From: a virus
Length of the DNA stretch: 40,363 nucleotides
Strand: one strand, 5' to 3'
IMG/VR virus record: IMGVR_UViG_3300017691_000004
Location: 1 to 40,363 of that record
Position 1 is the stretch's first letter. The number at the start of each line of letters is the position of its first letter. The translations under genes were made by a program, and so were the position numbers. A model generated the notes under the pieces. It searched no databases, was not told the DNA's origin, and saw only the letters and a list, made by a program, of their open reading frames with translations. Below, piece after piece: positions 1 to 8,325 of the stretch.

Positions 1-123
1 ACGCTTGGCGAGGGACACGTTCAAGGCGCCAAACTTGCCGCCGACCACAGCAGCGGTGCCGCCGGTCGCACGCTTGCTCATCACGTTGTCAATGAGCGCC
101 AGCGAGGTCGCCATGTTGTTGGA
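1..123. repeat. Terminal overlap, copy 1 (identical to 40241-40363)
   Basis: Direct comparison of both ends: acgcttggcgagggacacgttcaagg...ccatgttgttgga occurs at both ends. Confidence 0.97.
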
Positions 124-663
124 CGAGGTGTTGCTCTTGGAGCCACCCGCCAGCACGCGGTCATTGTTGTTAGCCAGCCAGGCGTTACGCTGAGCGGCCG
201 TCGCAGCAGCGAAGGGCACCGACACGTTGCCGTTGGCGGTGATGTTGCCCATGGCGCCGATAACGTCAGCGCGCATCTTCTCCAGCGACCAGACCTGGAG
301 CGAGTCACGGGCCGCGTCACGCAGGTCAATGACCGACTTCTGCTCGTCCCAGTCCGACACCGCCACGGCATGGCGAATCACGCCCACCGGCAGGGTCATA
401 GAGCGCGCGTTCAGCAGCTCCTCGTTACCCTCAAGGATCTGGTTACCGGTCACGCCGGCACCGATTAGACGGCGCACGGTCGGGAACACAACCCGGTCAC
501 CACGCTGGCGGGTCAGGTCTTCCTTGACCTGGATCATGTCCGTCATGCGAGTGCCCATATACTGGGCAAACTGGTTCTCGCGGACGTATTCCACCCAGAA
601 CTTGCTGTCCCAGATGGTAGGCGTAAGACCGGCGCGTGCCGGAGTGATGTTCATATCGGCCAC
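1..663 (-). CDS. Major capsid protein, N4-gp56/DUF4043-type, 5' part; continues across the junction into 40363..39740 (about 387 aa in total)
   Basis: Absent from the ORF track because it runs off the window edge. The minus frame is open from GTG 663-661 (AGGAG 8 nt upstream; next ATG at 654) to base 1: (VAD)MNITPARAGLTPTIWDSKFWVEYVRENQFAQYMGTRMTDMIQVKEDLTRQRGDRVVFPTVRRLIGAGVTGNQILEGNEELL. It is in the same frame as ORF 39740..40354 through the overlap. The W..K.W.E...F..fMG ... GD.v.F ... G.GVTG...LEGNEE pattern is typical of this capsid family. Confidence 0.85.
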   Translation of the reverse strand, partial: MADMNITPARAGLTPTIWDSKFWVEYVRENQFAQYMGTRMTDMIQVKEDLTRQRGDRVVFPTVRRLIGAGVTGNQILEGNEELLNARSMTLPVGVIRHAVAVSDWDEQKSVIDLRDAARDSLQVWSLEKMRADVIGAMGNITANGNVSVPFAAATAAQRNAWLANNNDRVLAGGSKSNTSSNNMATSLALIDNVMSKRATGGTAAVVGGKFGALNVSLAKR

Positions 664-847
664 TGATGCGGCTCCTAGCTATGATTGCGGGGATGCTTTG
701 CGATTGACTGCTCAGCGCCCGATCACGGCTCGGCGGCGGCCCAGTGCTTGTAACGCCAGCACCAACACGATGCGCCCGTTGACCCCGGCGACAGGTTGTA
801 GAAGGTGACGCGCTATTAACGCGCCACCGGTATGCACGTTATACTAA
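664..847 (-). promoter_or_regulatory. Long untranslated scaffold-capsid spacer with promoter-like hexamers, a stem-loop and one copy of the head-module repeat motif
   Basis: On the minus sense: TTGGCA (864-859), a 15-nt spacer, then TATAAC (843-838). A stem-loop ggtggcgcg/cgcgtcacc sits at 828-804, followed by TTCT. The motif gcgcccgttgaccccggcgacagg is at 772-795. This is one of the few gaps over 150 nt in the genome. Confidence 0.35.
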
Positions 848-1597
848 CTAGTCGCGATTGCCAAATACATCATTGACATGCGGCGTGCCAGTAAAGGTCG
901 GCGCACTACGCGGCGCTGCCGAACGGGCCTTGGCAAGACTTGGCGCCATGGTCGGAATTGACGGAGTGACTTGGGTCGGAACCTGCGGGGCCACGGCATT
1001 ACCAGCCATCTCGGCTTCGATCTCGGCACGGATGCGGGCGCGGTAGGCGGCCGGGTCCTCACCGATCTCCTTGCGCAGCCGCAGAGCCTCAGTCTCCTGC
1101 GCCAGCCACTTATACGGGTCCTGCTGGGCATAGAGCTTCTGCATCAGCGTCGGGTCAGCCTCGGCAGCCTGCTTGAACTCGGCCACCACGGCGTCAACCT
1201 TCTCGGACCCCATCTCACGCCGCAGCAGCATCTCGGACGTGTTCAGCCGCTCGTTCAGAAAGAGCTGCTGCACCCGCTCGTGGTACTCAGCCGGCTGCTC
1301 GGCGGGATTGACCCAAGGCTGCTGGGCAACGGACTGGGGCTGCTGCTGCTTGCGGTACTGCTCCAGCTGCCGCTCAAACTCCTGCCGCTTGGTCCGCTCT
1401 GCTTCCAGCGCCGCGAGGGGCACCATGCGGCCATTGGCGGGGGCAGCGGGTTCAGCCGGCGTCTCAGCTGGGGCAGGCTCAGCAGGCGTCTCAGGTTCCG
1501 GCGGCGTCTCGGCAACAGGCTCTTCAACCTGCGGCTCGGGCTGCGGCTCTTCTTCAGGCTTGCCGCCGTTAAGGAAGGCGTTCAGGTCGTCACTCAT
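848..1597 (-). CDS. Scaffolding protein (putative)
   Basis: Lies between portal and capsid. The likely start is the ATG at 1597 (GGAG 7 nt upstream), not 1612. It has an acidic Pro/Glu-rich N-terminus (EEPQPEPQVEEPVAETPPEPETPAEP) followed by a long charged helical region. Confidence 0.6.
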   Translation of the reverse strand: MSDDLNAFLNGGKPEEEPQPEPQVEEPVAETPPEPETPAEPAPAETPAEPAAPANGRMVPLAALEAERTKRQEFERQLEQYRKQQQPQSVAQQPWVNPAEQPAEYHERVQQLFLNERLNTSEMLLRREMGSEKVDAVVAEFKQAAEADPTLMQKLYAQQDPYKWLAQETEALRLRKEIGEDPAAYRARIRAEIEAEMAGNAVAPQVPTQVTPSIPTMAPSLAKARSAAPRSAPTFTGTPHVNDVFGNRD

Positions 1598-1793
1598 GGC
1601 GCCACTCCGCAACCCAAGTATGCTTGTCAGAAGTCCCGGCCTCCACCATTGACGGAAGCTTGGTCTTATCCGTTAATCCGTTCTTCACGTAGTTAAAGGC
1701 CTGCTCCACCTGCTCCAAGGTGTAAAGCATACCGATTCCTGGCTGGTGAAGCAGAGCGATCAACTCCAGCCTCAGTTCTTGGTCGTCAGTCAT
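1590..1793 (-). CDS. Hypothetical small head-module protein
   Basis: ORF track 1590..1802. The ATG at 1793 has GGAG 9 nt upstream. Its stop overlaps the scaffold gene start. Confidence 0.5.
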   Translation of the reverse strand: MTDDQELRLELIALLHQPGIGMLYTLEQVEQAFNYVKNGLTDKTKLPSMVEAGTSDKHTWVAEWRHE

Positions 1794-1807
1794 ATCAACC
1801 ACTCCAT

Positions 1808-1859
1808 GCGCCCGATTGAGACCCGGCGACGGTCTAGCGCCCGTTAAGCCCGGCGACGG
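1808..1859. repeat. Two tandem copies of a 23-25 nt intergenic motif (third copy at 772-795)
   Basis: Copy 1808-1832 is gcgcccgattgagacccggcgacgg and copy 1837-1859 is gcgcccgttaagcccggcgacgg. They share the flanks gcgcccg and cccggcgac(a)gg. Confidence 0.8.
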
Positions 1860-2393
1860 CTACCTCGGATTCCGAACCATGGTTTCCGAAATGCTGAGGT
1901 CTCTCGACCTTCCCTTGTTTGGCACGAAACCAAACCGGCTGTAAAACTGCTTCAGCCGATTAACATTGCCTCCAAACGAAGCATCTGGCGTGAGAGCAAC
2001 GGGAACACCGTTTTCGTCGGCAAACCGGGTTATATCTTCCATGATAGAAGAACCGACGCCTTGCCCTCTCATCTCTGCCGGGACAACCACCTGAGAAAGC
2101 CGGACATGACCGGCCCCACTGCCACCAGACTCAACCCAAATCTTTGTTTCTGGATAAGCAGCCGCGAGAGCAGACCGCAAAGGCCCCACATTCACCGTGG
2201 CCGGACTCATTGCCATGCCATTCACAATGGCAGCCTGAGATCTCTCGGCAGGCGTTTGAGGATTCCTCAAGCGCTCCATGTGCTCCATCAGAGTATTTCC
2301 AACTGGCGGCACCAACCCAGCAGTTGGCATGGTTAGCTGCGGCCCAAGGCTATTCATCATAGGCTGACCATCAATTGGGCTGATCTGCCCCAT
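1860..2393 (-). CDS. GNAT-fold acetyltransferase-like protein encoded between portal and scaffold
   Basis: The C-terminal half reads VRLSQVVVPAEMRGQGVGSSIMEDITRFADENGVPVALTP...LKQFYSRFGFV, which fits the R/Q-x-x-G-x-G/A acetyl-CoA loop plus following helix of GNAT enzymes. The start is taken as the ATG at 2393, just after the portal stop; the track ORF extends to 2600 inside the portal gene. Confidence 0.55.
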   Translation of the reverse strand: MGQISPIDGQPMMNSLGPQLTMPTAGLVPPVGNTLMEHMERLRNPQTPAERSQAAIVNGMAMSPATVNVGPLRSALAAAYPETKIWVESGGSGAGHVRLSQVVVPAEMRGQGVGSSIMEDITRFADENGVPVALTPDASFGGNVNRLKQFYSRFGFVPNKGRSRDLSISETMVRNPR

Positions 2394-2415
2394 CAGGCGA
2401 TTATACCCCCAACTG

Positions 2416-4446
2416 TCAGCCACCGCCGTTCTCCATTCCCTCCGGCTGCAATCCCGGCCCATCGACAGGAAGCACTGTGCTTTCCGCCGCCGCCTTGTGA
2501 ACTGCCGCAATCTTGGCCACAGCGCCATGCGTGCGCTCGGCCGCCAACGCCTCATTGGCCGCAGCCTGGGCGTTCTTGCCACGAATGTCAGCCTGCGCAT
2601 TGGCCTGCATCAGCGGCGCCTGCTGCTGAGCCTGTGCCGCCGCAGCCTTCTCGGCCTCGGCCAGCGTCTCCAGCAGCTTGGACTTATCCTTGAGGTTGCT
2701 GGCCGCGATGAGCGTCTTCCACGCCGGAAGCTGCATCTGCGGCGGCATGGCCGGCACCATCTGCGACAGGGTGTTGAACTGCTCAGCCTGCATGGCCGGC
2801 ACATCCTGCCCTTCCTCAATCACGATATCAACGTCAAGGTCGCCAATCTCGTTCTCAGTGCGAACCACTTGCATCAGGCGCGGATCGTTCGGCACTAGTT
2901 GGAGCTGCTGCATCTGCATGGCGCGCTGATCCTCAGGCAGTGCCATCAGATCCTCAACCAGCGTCACCGGCCGGTTGATCGGCAGCCACTTGGACTTGCC
3001 CTCATCATCCGTAATGCGCAGGAACTTCTGTTCGGTCCAGAACTGGCGGGCGGCCATCCATGCCATCTCGAACACCCGGCGCTTCCACTGGCGCAGGCTA
3101 TCGGCCAACGGCTCATTAGCAGCGGCGCCCCCGGCCTGCTGAGCGAGGATGGCCCGGCCCGACTGGTCACGCGGGTCGTTGCCGCTCATGGCGGCGTTCG
3201 GACCCTGAACGTCCATCTCGGCCGTGGCGTGGCGCAGCATCTCCATCTGACCCAGCGCCAGATCACGTCCGTTGTCGATCTCTAGTTCAAAGCCCTGATT
3301 CTTGGTGATCCAGCCATCCGGCCGGGCGATCTCCCGCCGGGCCTTCTCCTCGTCATCAACGGCACCCTGCTCGGCGATGACCCGGTTGACGCTCAGCAGG
3401 TGCAGCGCCTTGGACCGGCGCTTGTTGATCTCGTCCTGTAGGCCAATCAGCCCACGCACCATGCCGTACCGGTTGTTCTCCCGGTCGATGTAGGCACTCA
3501 TCAGCACCAGCGGGCAGGCGGGGCGGCCCTTACGATCCATGAACGGCGACTTGGACGGCTCGGCCAAGAACCCGGCCCGGCTGATCGTCGCAGACCACCA
3601 CTCGCCCCCCTCGGTCCAGTAGACCTGCACGATACGGACACGCTTGCGGTTGGTGTCCTGCCACTTCACCGTGCCAGGCCGGTCCTCATAGGTGCCAGAC
3701 TGCACAGAGAAGCTGGTGTCCAGCGTGTCGGTAGCGTCGGGGAACATGTCCTCAAGCTGATCCCGGTCCATCCACAGCACCAAGCCGAGATAGCGGGCGT
3801 CGCTGAAGTCCCGGTTGCGGGCATGAGGATCGCGCCACAGACGTTCCCAGCCGACGTGGGTAATGGTGATGTCCACCCCACCCTTGCCGTCGTCCTCCAG
3901 CCCCAGCTCTGCCCCGCCAAGACCCTCAACGAGCATGTTCTCATACACGTCCGACGTGACCATCGGCATGTTGTTCTCATCCGCGATGAAGCGGAGCGCC
4001 TGCGTGGCAGCGTCGGCCCGCTCTTCCTCGGACGGCGTGCGCGGGTAGGCCTTGGGGTCAGACCGGGCCTTACGCTCAAGCCCGCACAGCAAACCCACCT
4101 TCTGGGCAATCTTGTTGATCGTGATCTCGGGCTGGTTGCGCTTCTTCAGCGCCGCGACCTCAGCCGCCGTCCACTGGATATGGTTCACATAGTCACGGTC
4201 ACGCTCGGACGCCTCCCGCTCGTCCATGCTGGCACGCTCGGACGCCTCGAACCACTGCACCAGTTTGGTGTGCAGGGTCATGAGATCGCGCGGGTAGGCG
4301 TTGGGGTCCGGGGCAGGCTGCCCACCCTCAACCGGCACCATCAAGGCCGGGTCAACGTAAGCCTCACCCTGCATGGCCTGCTGGGCTTCGATAGGACCGC
4401 CCTGGGTTTCCCGAGCGAGGAAGTCGTTAAGGGCGGACCCGGACAT
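2416..4446 (-). CDS. Portal protein
   Basis: A 676-aa ORF whose start shares base 4446 with the terL stop codon (TGATG-type 1-nt overlap). Size and position are typical. The C-terminal tail is Ala/Gln-rich and helical. Confidence 0.75.
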   Translation of the reverse strand: MSGSALNDFLARETQGGPIEAQQAMQGEAYVDPALMVPVEGGQPAPDPNAYPRDLMTLHTKLVQWFEASERASMDEREASERDRDYVNHIQWTAAEVAALKKRNQPEITINKIAQKVGLLCGLERKARSDPKAYPRTPSEEERADAATQALRFIADENNMPMVTSDVYENMLVEGLGGAELGLEDDGKGGVDITITHVGWERLWRDPHARNRDFSDARYLGLVLWMDRDQLEDMFPDATDTLDTSFSVQSGTYEDRPGTVKWQDTNRKRVRIVQVYWTEGGEWWSATISRAGFLAEPSKSPFMDRKGRPACPLVLMSAYIDRENNRYGMVRGLIGLQDEINKRRSKALHLLSVNRVIAEQGAVDDEEKARREIARPDGWITKNQGFELEIDNGRDLALGQMEMLRHATAEMDVQGPNAAMSGNDPRDQSGRAILAQQAGGAAANEPLADSLRQWKRRVFEMAWMAARQFWTEQKFLRITDDEGKSKWLPINRPVTLVEDLMALPEDQRAMQMQQLQLVPNDPRLMQVVRTENEIGDLDVDIVIEEGQDVPAMQAEQFNTLSQMVPAMPPQMQLPAWKTLIAASNLKDKSKLLETLAEAEKAAAAQAQQQAPLMQANAQADIRGKNAQAAANEALAAERTHGAVAKIAAVHKAAAESTVLPVDGPGLQPEGMENGGG

Positions 4447-5912
4447 TATGCGACTCTCCAGCTATCAGTCTCTTCCACTTCGCCAAACGCACGATCCCAA
4501 GACGTTAGATGCCTCGGCTTGGCCTGAGGCTTCACACCGGCAATCATCTTGTCCAGCAACTGGCCAATAAGGCCCAGCGCGTCCACCTGATCGTCATGCT
4601 TGCCAGCCGGGAAGCTCATCAATTCCGCCTCTAGATCCTTACGCCACGGCGCGTTCTGGTCGTAATACAACCCGCCAAGCGCCATTCTACCACGAATTGA
4701 TTGCGCTCGGACAGACTTGTCACCACCACGGGTTGGGAACGCCTCACGGGCCACAAAAGCCCTGCTCTCTCGCATTTGCCGGGTCAGGAACGGCCCAACG
4801 CCCGACTTGATCTGCCCGGTTTCCTCAGCCCACCCGATAGGCTTCCACTGCTTCACCATGTCGCAGAAAGTCTGGACCCATACATCAGACGATGTCTGAG
4901 CACGCCAGAGGTCCAGCAGCCACAGCCGGCCGGTCGTATCCATGCCAATCACCGCATGAACCGTCCAATCGCCCTTACCCTCGGATACGGCGTAATCAGA
5001 GCCGCCATAGAGCCGCATGGTCGTGACAGGCGGGATGCTGGCAGACGGTACAGGATGCAACCAGTCAGCCTTGAAGTAGTCGCCGCTGTCAGGCGCCGGC
5101 CGCTGCTGGTAGAGGGCCGACCACGTACGGGTGTCAGCCGTCTCAGCCTTCAACCGCATGTCAGCGGCATAGCCATAAGCATCATCGCCCCACAGCCAGT
5201 CGCCAGGATTGCGCCCCAGCGGGTCGTCGGGGGACTCAGCCTGCGCTGGTAGGGTAATGACCTTCCACCGCCCTGGCTGGGCTTCCAAAAGCCTGCCTGC
5301 CAGGTCATCCTCATGCCACCGCGTCTGCACCAACACGACAGAGGCGCCAGGCTTGAGACGGGTCGTGAGGTCATCCTGGAACCACTCCCACGTCTTCTGG
5401 CGCTGGCGCTCTGAGTCCGCTTCCTCGCGAGACTTCACGGGGTCATCGATAATGGCCAGATCGGCACGCAAGCCCGTGATGACGCCGCCGACACCGGCCG
5501 CGCGGTACTGGCACCCATTGTCCGTGGTCCACAGATCCACAGCCTCATCCTTGGTGCCAATGCCCAAGGTCAAGGCGTGTTCCCTCACCCGGCCACGCGC
5601 ACGGCGGGAAAAGGACTCAGCAAGGGTGGCTGTGTTGGAGGCGCCAATGATGGCCCGGTTGGGCTTCTGCGCCATCCACCACGCCGGAAACAAATCGCTG
5701 GCATAGGTGGACTTGGCTGAGCCGGGGGGCAGGAACAGCATGAGACGGCTGCCTGGCGTAGCAGCCACATGCTCCAGCTCTTGGATCAAGAGGCGATGGT
5801 GGGCAGCGGGGGTGAAGCCCTGAGGTGCCAGTGCGTGTTCGCACCATGCCTGGAAGCTAGAGCGTATGCGGCGCCGCTTTTGGAGTTCCAGAGCGGCGTC
5901 CAGCGGTGTCAT
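4446..5912 (-). CDS. terL: Terminase large subunit
   Basis: Walker A is LFLPPGSAKST, Walker B is DLAIIDDP, the coupling motif is VQTRWHEDDLAGRL, and the C-terminal nuclease region reads GGSDYAVS...DDQVDAL. Confidence 0.92.
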   Translation of the reverse strand: MTPLDAALELQKRRRIRSSFQAWCEHALAPQGFTPAAHHRLLIQELEHVAATPGSRLMLFLPPGSAKSTYASDLFPAWWMAQKPNRAIIGASNTATLAESFSRRARGRVREHALTLGIGTKDEAVDLWTTDNGCQYRAAGVGGVITGLRADLAIIDDPVKSREEADSERQRQKTWEWFQDDLTTRLKPGASVVLVQTRWHEDDLAGRLLEAQPGRWKVITLPAQAESPDDPLGRNPGDWLWGDDAYGYAADMRLKAETADTRTWSALYQQRPAPDSGDYFKADWLHPVPSASIPPVTTMRLYGGSDYAVSEGKGDWTVHAVIGMDTTGRLWLLDLWRAQTSSDVWVQTFCDMVKQWKPIGWAEETGQIKSGVGPFLTRQMRESRAFVAREAFPTRGGDKSVRAQSIRGRMALGGLYYDQNAPWRKDLEAELMSFPAGKHDDQVDALGLIGQLLDKMIAGVKPQAKPRHLTSWDRAFGEVEETDSWRVA

Positions 5913-6313
5913 TCGGACTTTTGCAGCTTGGCAATATGCATCGCCAGTTCATCGTCTGTCATGGCGTCGGCGCTGCGGGTGACATGGGCATCAACCTGCA
6001 TACGGTCGCCGTAGACCTTGGGGGCCATCTTCGAGGCGTACCACTTGCGGGCATCATAAGCGAGGCGGCCTAGAGCGGCGTCCTTGGCAGCGGCAGCCTC
6101 GTCCAGCGCCATCTCAGCCAGGGCGTGGGCCTGGTCTTCGCGCGCACGCGCGTATTGCTCTGCAAACGATGGCATATCATTCCGCCACTTCAGTACGGTC
6201 TGAAACGCTGGCATTCCCTCTTCAGCACAAATCGACCGAAGGCTATTGCCCTCGGCCAACTTGGTGCAGATGTCCTCTGCCAACGCATCGCTGTAAAGGC
6301 TTGGGCGACCCAC
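5909..6313 (-). CDS. terS: Terminase small subunit (HTH type)
   Basis: GRPSLYSDALAEDICTKLAEGNSLRSICAEEGMPAFQTVLKWRNDMPSFAEQYARAREDQA is the widespread terS N-terminal HTH signature. It has a GTG start with GAGG upstream and overlaps the terL start. Confidence 0.8.
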   Translation of the reverse strand: MGRPSLYSDALAEDICTKLAEGNSLRSICAEEGMPAFQTVLKWRNDMPSFAEQYARAREDQAHALAEMALDEAAAAKDAALGRLAYDARKWYASKMAPKVYGDRMQVDAHVTRSADAMTDDELAMHIAKLQKSE

Positions 6314-6367
6314 GCTAACCTCAATTCAGGTATAATTGCCTTAATTGTGGGCAAACATTCTCAAATG
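6314..6367 (-). promoter_or_regulatory. AT-rich spacer upstream of terS; candidate late/packaging promoter
   Basis: This is a local AT island in a GC-rich genome. On the minus sense there is TTGACA (6371-6366), then TTGCCC and TATACC. No hexamer pair has ideal spacing, so this is only a candidate. Confidence 0.25.
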
Positions 6368-6535
6368 TCAATCAAATGCTCGGCCCTGCATCTTGGCTGC
6401 ATATCGAGCCAGAGCAAGCCGAATGGCCTGCTGAATCCAGACGGTAAGCCTGAGGCTCTCCATCTCTTTTCGCTTGTCTTCCTGTTCTTTAGCCCACTGA
6501 GCCATCTCGCGGGCTTCATCTTCAGTACGTTGCAT
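6368..6535 (-). CDS. Hypothetical 55-aa protein (below ORF-track cutoff)
   Basis: Sequence MQRTEDEAREMAQWAKEQEDKRKEMESLRLTVWIQQAIRLALARYAAKMQGRAFD. Its ATG shares one base with the upstream stop (TGATG at 6533-6537). Confidence 0.4.
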   Translation of the reverse strand: MQRTEDEAREMAQWAKEQEDKRKEMESLRLTVWIQQAIRLALARYAAKMQGRAFD

Positions 6536-6762
6536 CACTCATCTCCCCTCGGCGCATCCTTGCTCAGCGCCTGCTTGATCGTCTTGGCGAGCCATTGCTG
6601 AGCACGGAGGCGGCCTTTGATCTGGGGCAGTATCTGAGACTTAGCGGCTTCGGCCCTTGTCTCATACCCCGTCAATTCCTTGATCCGATCCTCCGCCACA
6701 GCCAACCGATTCTCCAGTTCCCATGTAAACCCGAGAGCGTGGGGGGTGGGTTCCTCAGCCAC
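6535..6762 (-). CDS. Hypothetical protein
   Basis: ORF track entry with a GTG start, coupled to both neighbours. Confidence 0.5.
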   Translation of the reverse strand: MAEEPTPHALGFTWELENRLAVAEDRIKELTGYETRAEAAKSQILPQIKGRLRAQQWLAKTIKQALSKDAPRGDE

Positions 6763-6943
6763 GCGGATTCTCCCCCCGAAACGCCACGAACTCGACCATG
6801 CGCCGGTTCAGGTCATCCTGCCAGGCGTTCTGGGCGAGGATGGCGGCGCGGGCTATCTCGGCATTGCTCACCCACGCATTCAAACGATTCTTCTTGATGG
6901 ACTGCACCACCGCCTCAACCAGACCCTCTGGAATATCGTCCAT
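6755..6943 (-). CDS. Hypothetical protein
   Basis: The ATG at 6943 is preceded by AAGGAGAG and shares one base with the upstream stop. The track ORF extends to 6970. Confidence 0.5.
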   Translation of the reverse strand: MDDIPEGLVEAVVQSIKKNRLNAWVSNAEIARAAILAQNAWQDDLNRRMVEFVAFRGENPRG

Positions 6944-7455
6944 CACACTCTCCTTCCCTTCACCACCCACAACCCACCCAATCCCACCAGAAACAGCGCC
7001 AAGCTCATCGGCTCTGGAACCGGTGTCGGCTTATCACGCCCCGGAGTATCTCCCACAGGCGTTACCGTATCGTAAACCGTCCGGTCGTAATCGCCCACAG
7101 GAAAGACGGACACCGGAGCGGCGCTAGCGACAAGGAACGGAATCTCACCGTATCCACCCGCAGGCACCCCCGCAAACGCCCCAGGATGGCCGTACAGCGG
7201 GCTTTCATATCCAGGCCATCCCACAAGCGGACCAACGTCAGAAGGCCATAGCGGCACATCGTAGCAGACTGGACCGCCCTGTCTGATACCGGCGGGCCGG
7301 TGGGGTGCCGGATGGCGTGGGGCTGCGATGGCATGCAGCTCACCCCGGCCAGGCGCCAGCCCGATCTGCGCCAAGATAGCGCGATCCTGCGCGGCATAGA
7401 TACCGCCTCCGACCACGGCTGCGGCGGGAAGGCAGATGGTTAGGAAGCGGAGCAT
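6943..7455 (-). CDS. Secreted Pro/Gly-rich protein with a PEP-CTERM sorting signal
   Basis: The N-terminal signal peptide is MLRFLTICLPAAAVVGGGIYAAQD. The extreme C-terminus is PTPVPEPMSLALFLVGLGGLWVVKGRRV, which gives a VPEP motif, a hydrophobic helix and a basic tail. The ATG at 7455 has GGAG upstream. Confidence 0.6.
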   Translation of the reverse strand: MLRFLTICLPAAAVVGGGIYAAQDRAILAQIGLAPGRGELHAIAAPRHPAPHRPAGIRQGGPVCYDVPLWPSDVGPLVGWPGYESPLYGHPGAFAGVPAGGYGEIPFLVASAAPVSVFPVGDYDRTVYDTVTPVGDTPGRDKPTPVPEPMSLALFLVGLGGLWVVKGRRV

Positions 7456-7688
7456 GGGGTGGACTCCGGAGGTGTTGGGATATAGCCAAGCCCTGAGCAG
7501 TGCCGGCAATCAATATCCACCTCATCAAACATGAGGTGTTTTGGCAATACCTCATCTACCCCGCCATTAAGCACGCGGTTGAGGTTTTCTTCCTCCCACT
7601 GCTTCAACCTTGGGTCAAAGGGCGAGAAAACCTTGGGTCGAACGGTCTTACCGCGCCCACTCCCCCAGCATTTCTTGCAAATGGTCAT
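7440..7688 (-). CDS. Small protein with two DnaJ-type CxxCxGxG zinc-finger motifs
   Basis: MTICKKCWGSGRG...CRHCSGLGY. There is an ATGA overlap with the upstream gene at 7685-7688. Confidence 0.55.
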   Translation of the reverse strand: MTICKKCWGSGRGKTVRPKVFSPFDPRLKQWEEENLNRVLNGGVDEVLPKHLMFDEVDIDCRHCSGLGYIPTPPESTPCSAS

Positions 7689-8104
7689 GGCTGGGCTCCG
7701 GGGCGGGCGGCGACCATGGCGCGGTAGATCTTGTCGAAGCTGCCGGTCGTTACCTGAACCGTCGCAGGCCCTGGCATAGCCGGATGGTCCGGCAACAGCG
7801 CCTCCTGGCCCGCGAACGTCTGCTTCAGTGTCGGGACTGGCGGCACCAACACCCAACCGGCGGCTTTGATCTCGTTCAGAATGTCCTGCATCTCATCGAT
7901 CTGGGCCACGTGCTTGGGGCCAATGACGGCGAACCCCTGCGCCTCGATGGCGTCGAGGGCGGCGATGGCATCCTTGATGCGGTCCTGCCAGCGATATCGC
8001 GTGTATCTACCGCCGCCCTCGGTTGGATAGTCGGCAACCACCGCATCCGGGCGCTTAACCATGGCCCGCGCCACAGCCTCCACCAGCTTCAGATCGTGCG
8101 TCAT
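7685..8104 (-). CDS. Hypothetical protein
   Basis: ORF track entry, translationally coupled on both sides. Confidence 0.55.
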   Translation of the reverse strand: MTHDLKLVEAVARAMVKRPDAVVADYPTEGGGRYTRYRWQDRIKDAIAALDAIEAQGFAVIGPKHVAQIDEMQDILNEIKAAGWVLVPPVPTLKQTFAGQEALLPDHPAMPGPATVQVTTGSFDKIYRAMVAARPGAQP

Positions 8105-8325
8105 GCCCCAGCCCCCTTCTTCGACGGCTCAATAGGGCGCACAATCACCTCATGCGTCTTGGCGCACTCGTCACAGATCACGGCCCAGTCGCCCACGCGG
8201 TCGGGGCGCATTGCGGGCCAGAGCCGGTGCCCCTGCGGCGTAGGCTCATAGTCCACATTGGCGTCGTAGAACGTCTTGCAGGTGCAGAGGTCACACAGGC
8301 GATAATCAGCGGCGGCCATCCTCAA
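8101..8325 (-). CDS. Hypothetical Cys-rich small protein
   Basis: CDLCTC...CDEC spacing suggests a zinc ribbon. It is coupled to its neighbours. Confidence 0.5.
   Translation of the reverse strand: MRMAAADYRLCDLCTCKTFYDANVDYEPTPQGHRLWPAMRPDRVGDWAVICDECAKTHEVIVRPIEPSKKGAGA

Noticed and set aside
1-123. Terminal direct repeat, considered as a physical DTR, an att site or a transposon end.
   Set aside because: It lies inside the capsid ORF and keeps it in frame. The simplest explanation is an assembly overlap of a circular or permuted genome.
6331-6336. A perfect TATAAT on the plus strand upstream of terS.
   Set aside because: There is no plus-strand gene or convincing -35 element downstream or upstream. 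It probably reflects the AT-rich spacer that serves the minus-strand late genes.
6125-6601. A 158-aa plus-strand ORF spanning the terS start region.
   Set aside because: It is antisense to terS and to two coupled small minus-strand genes. It has no motifs.
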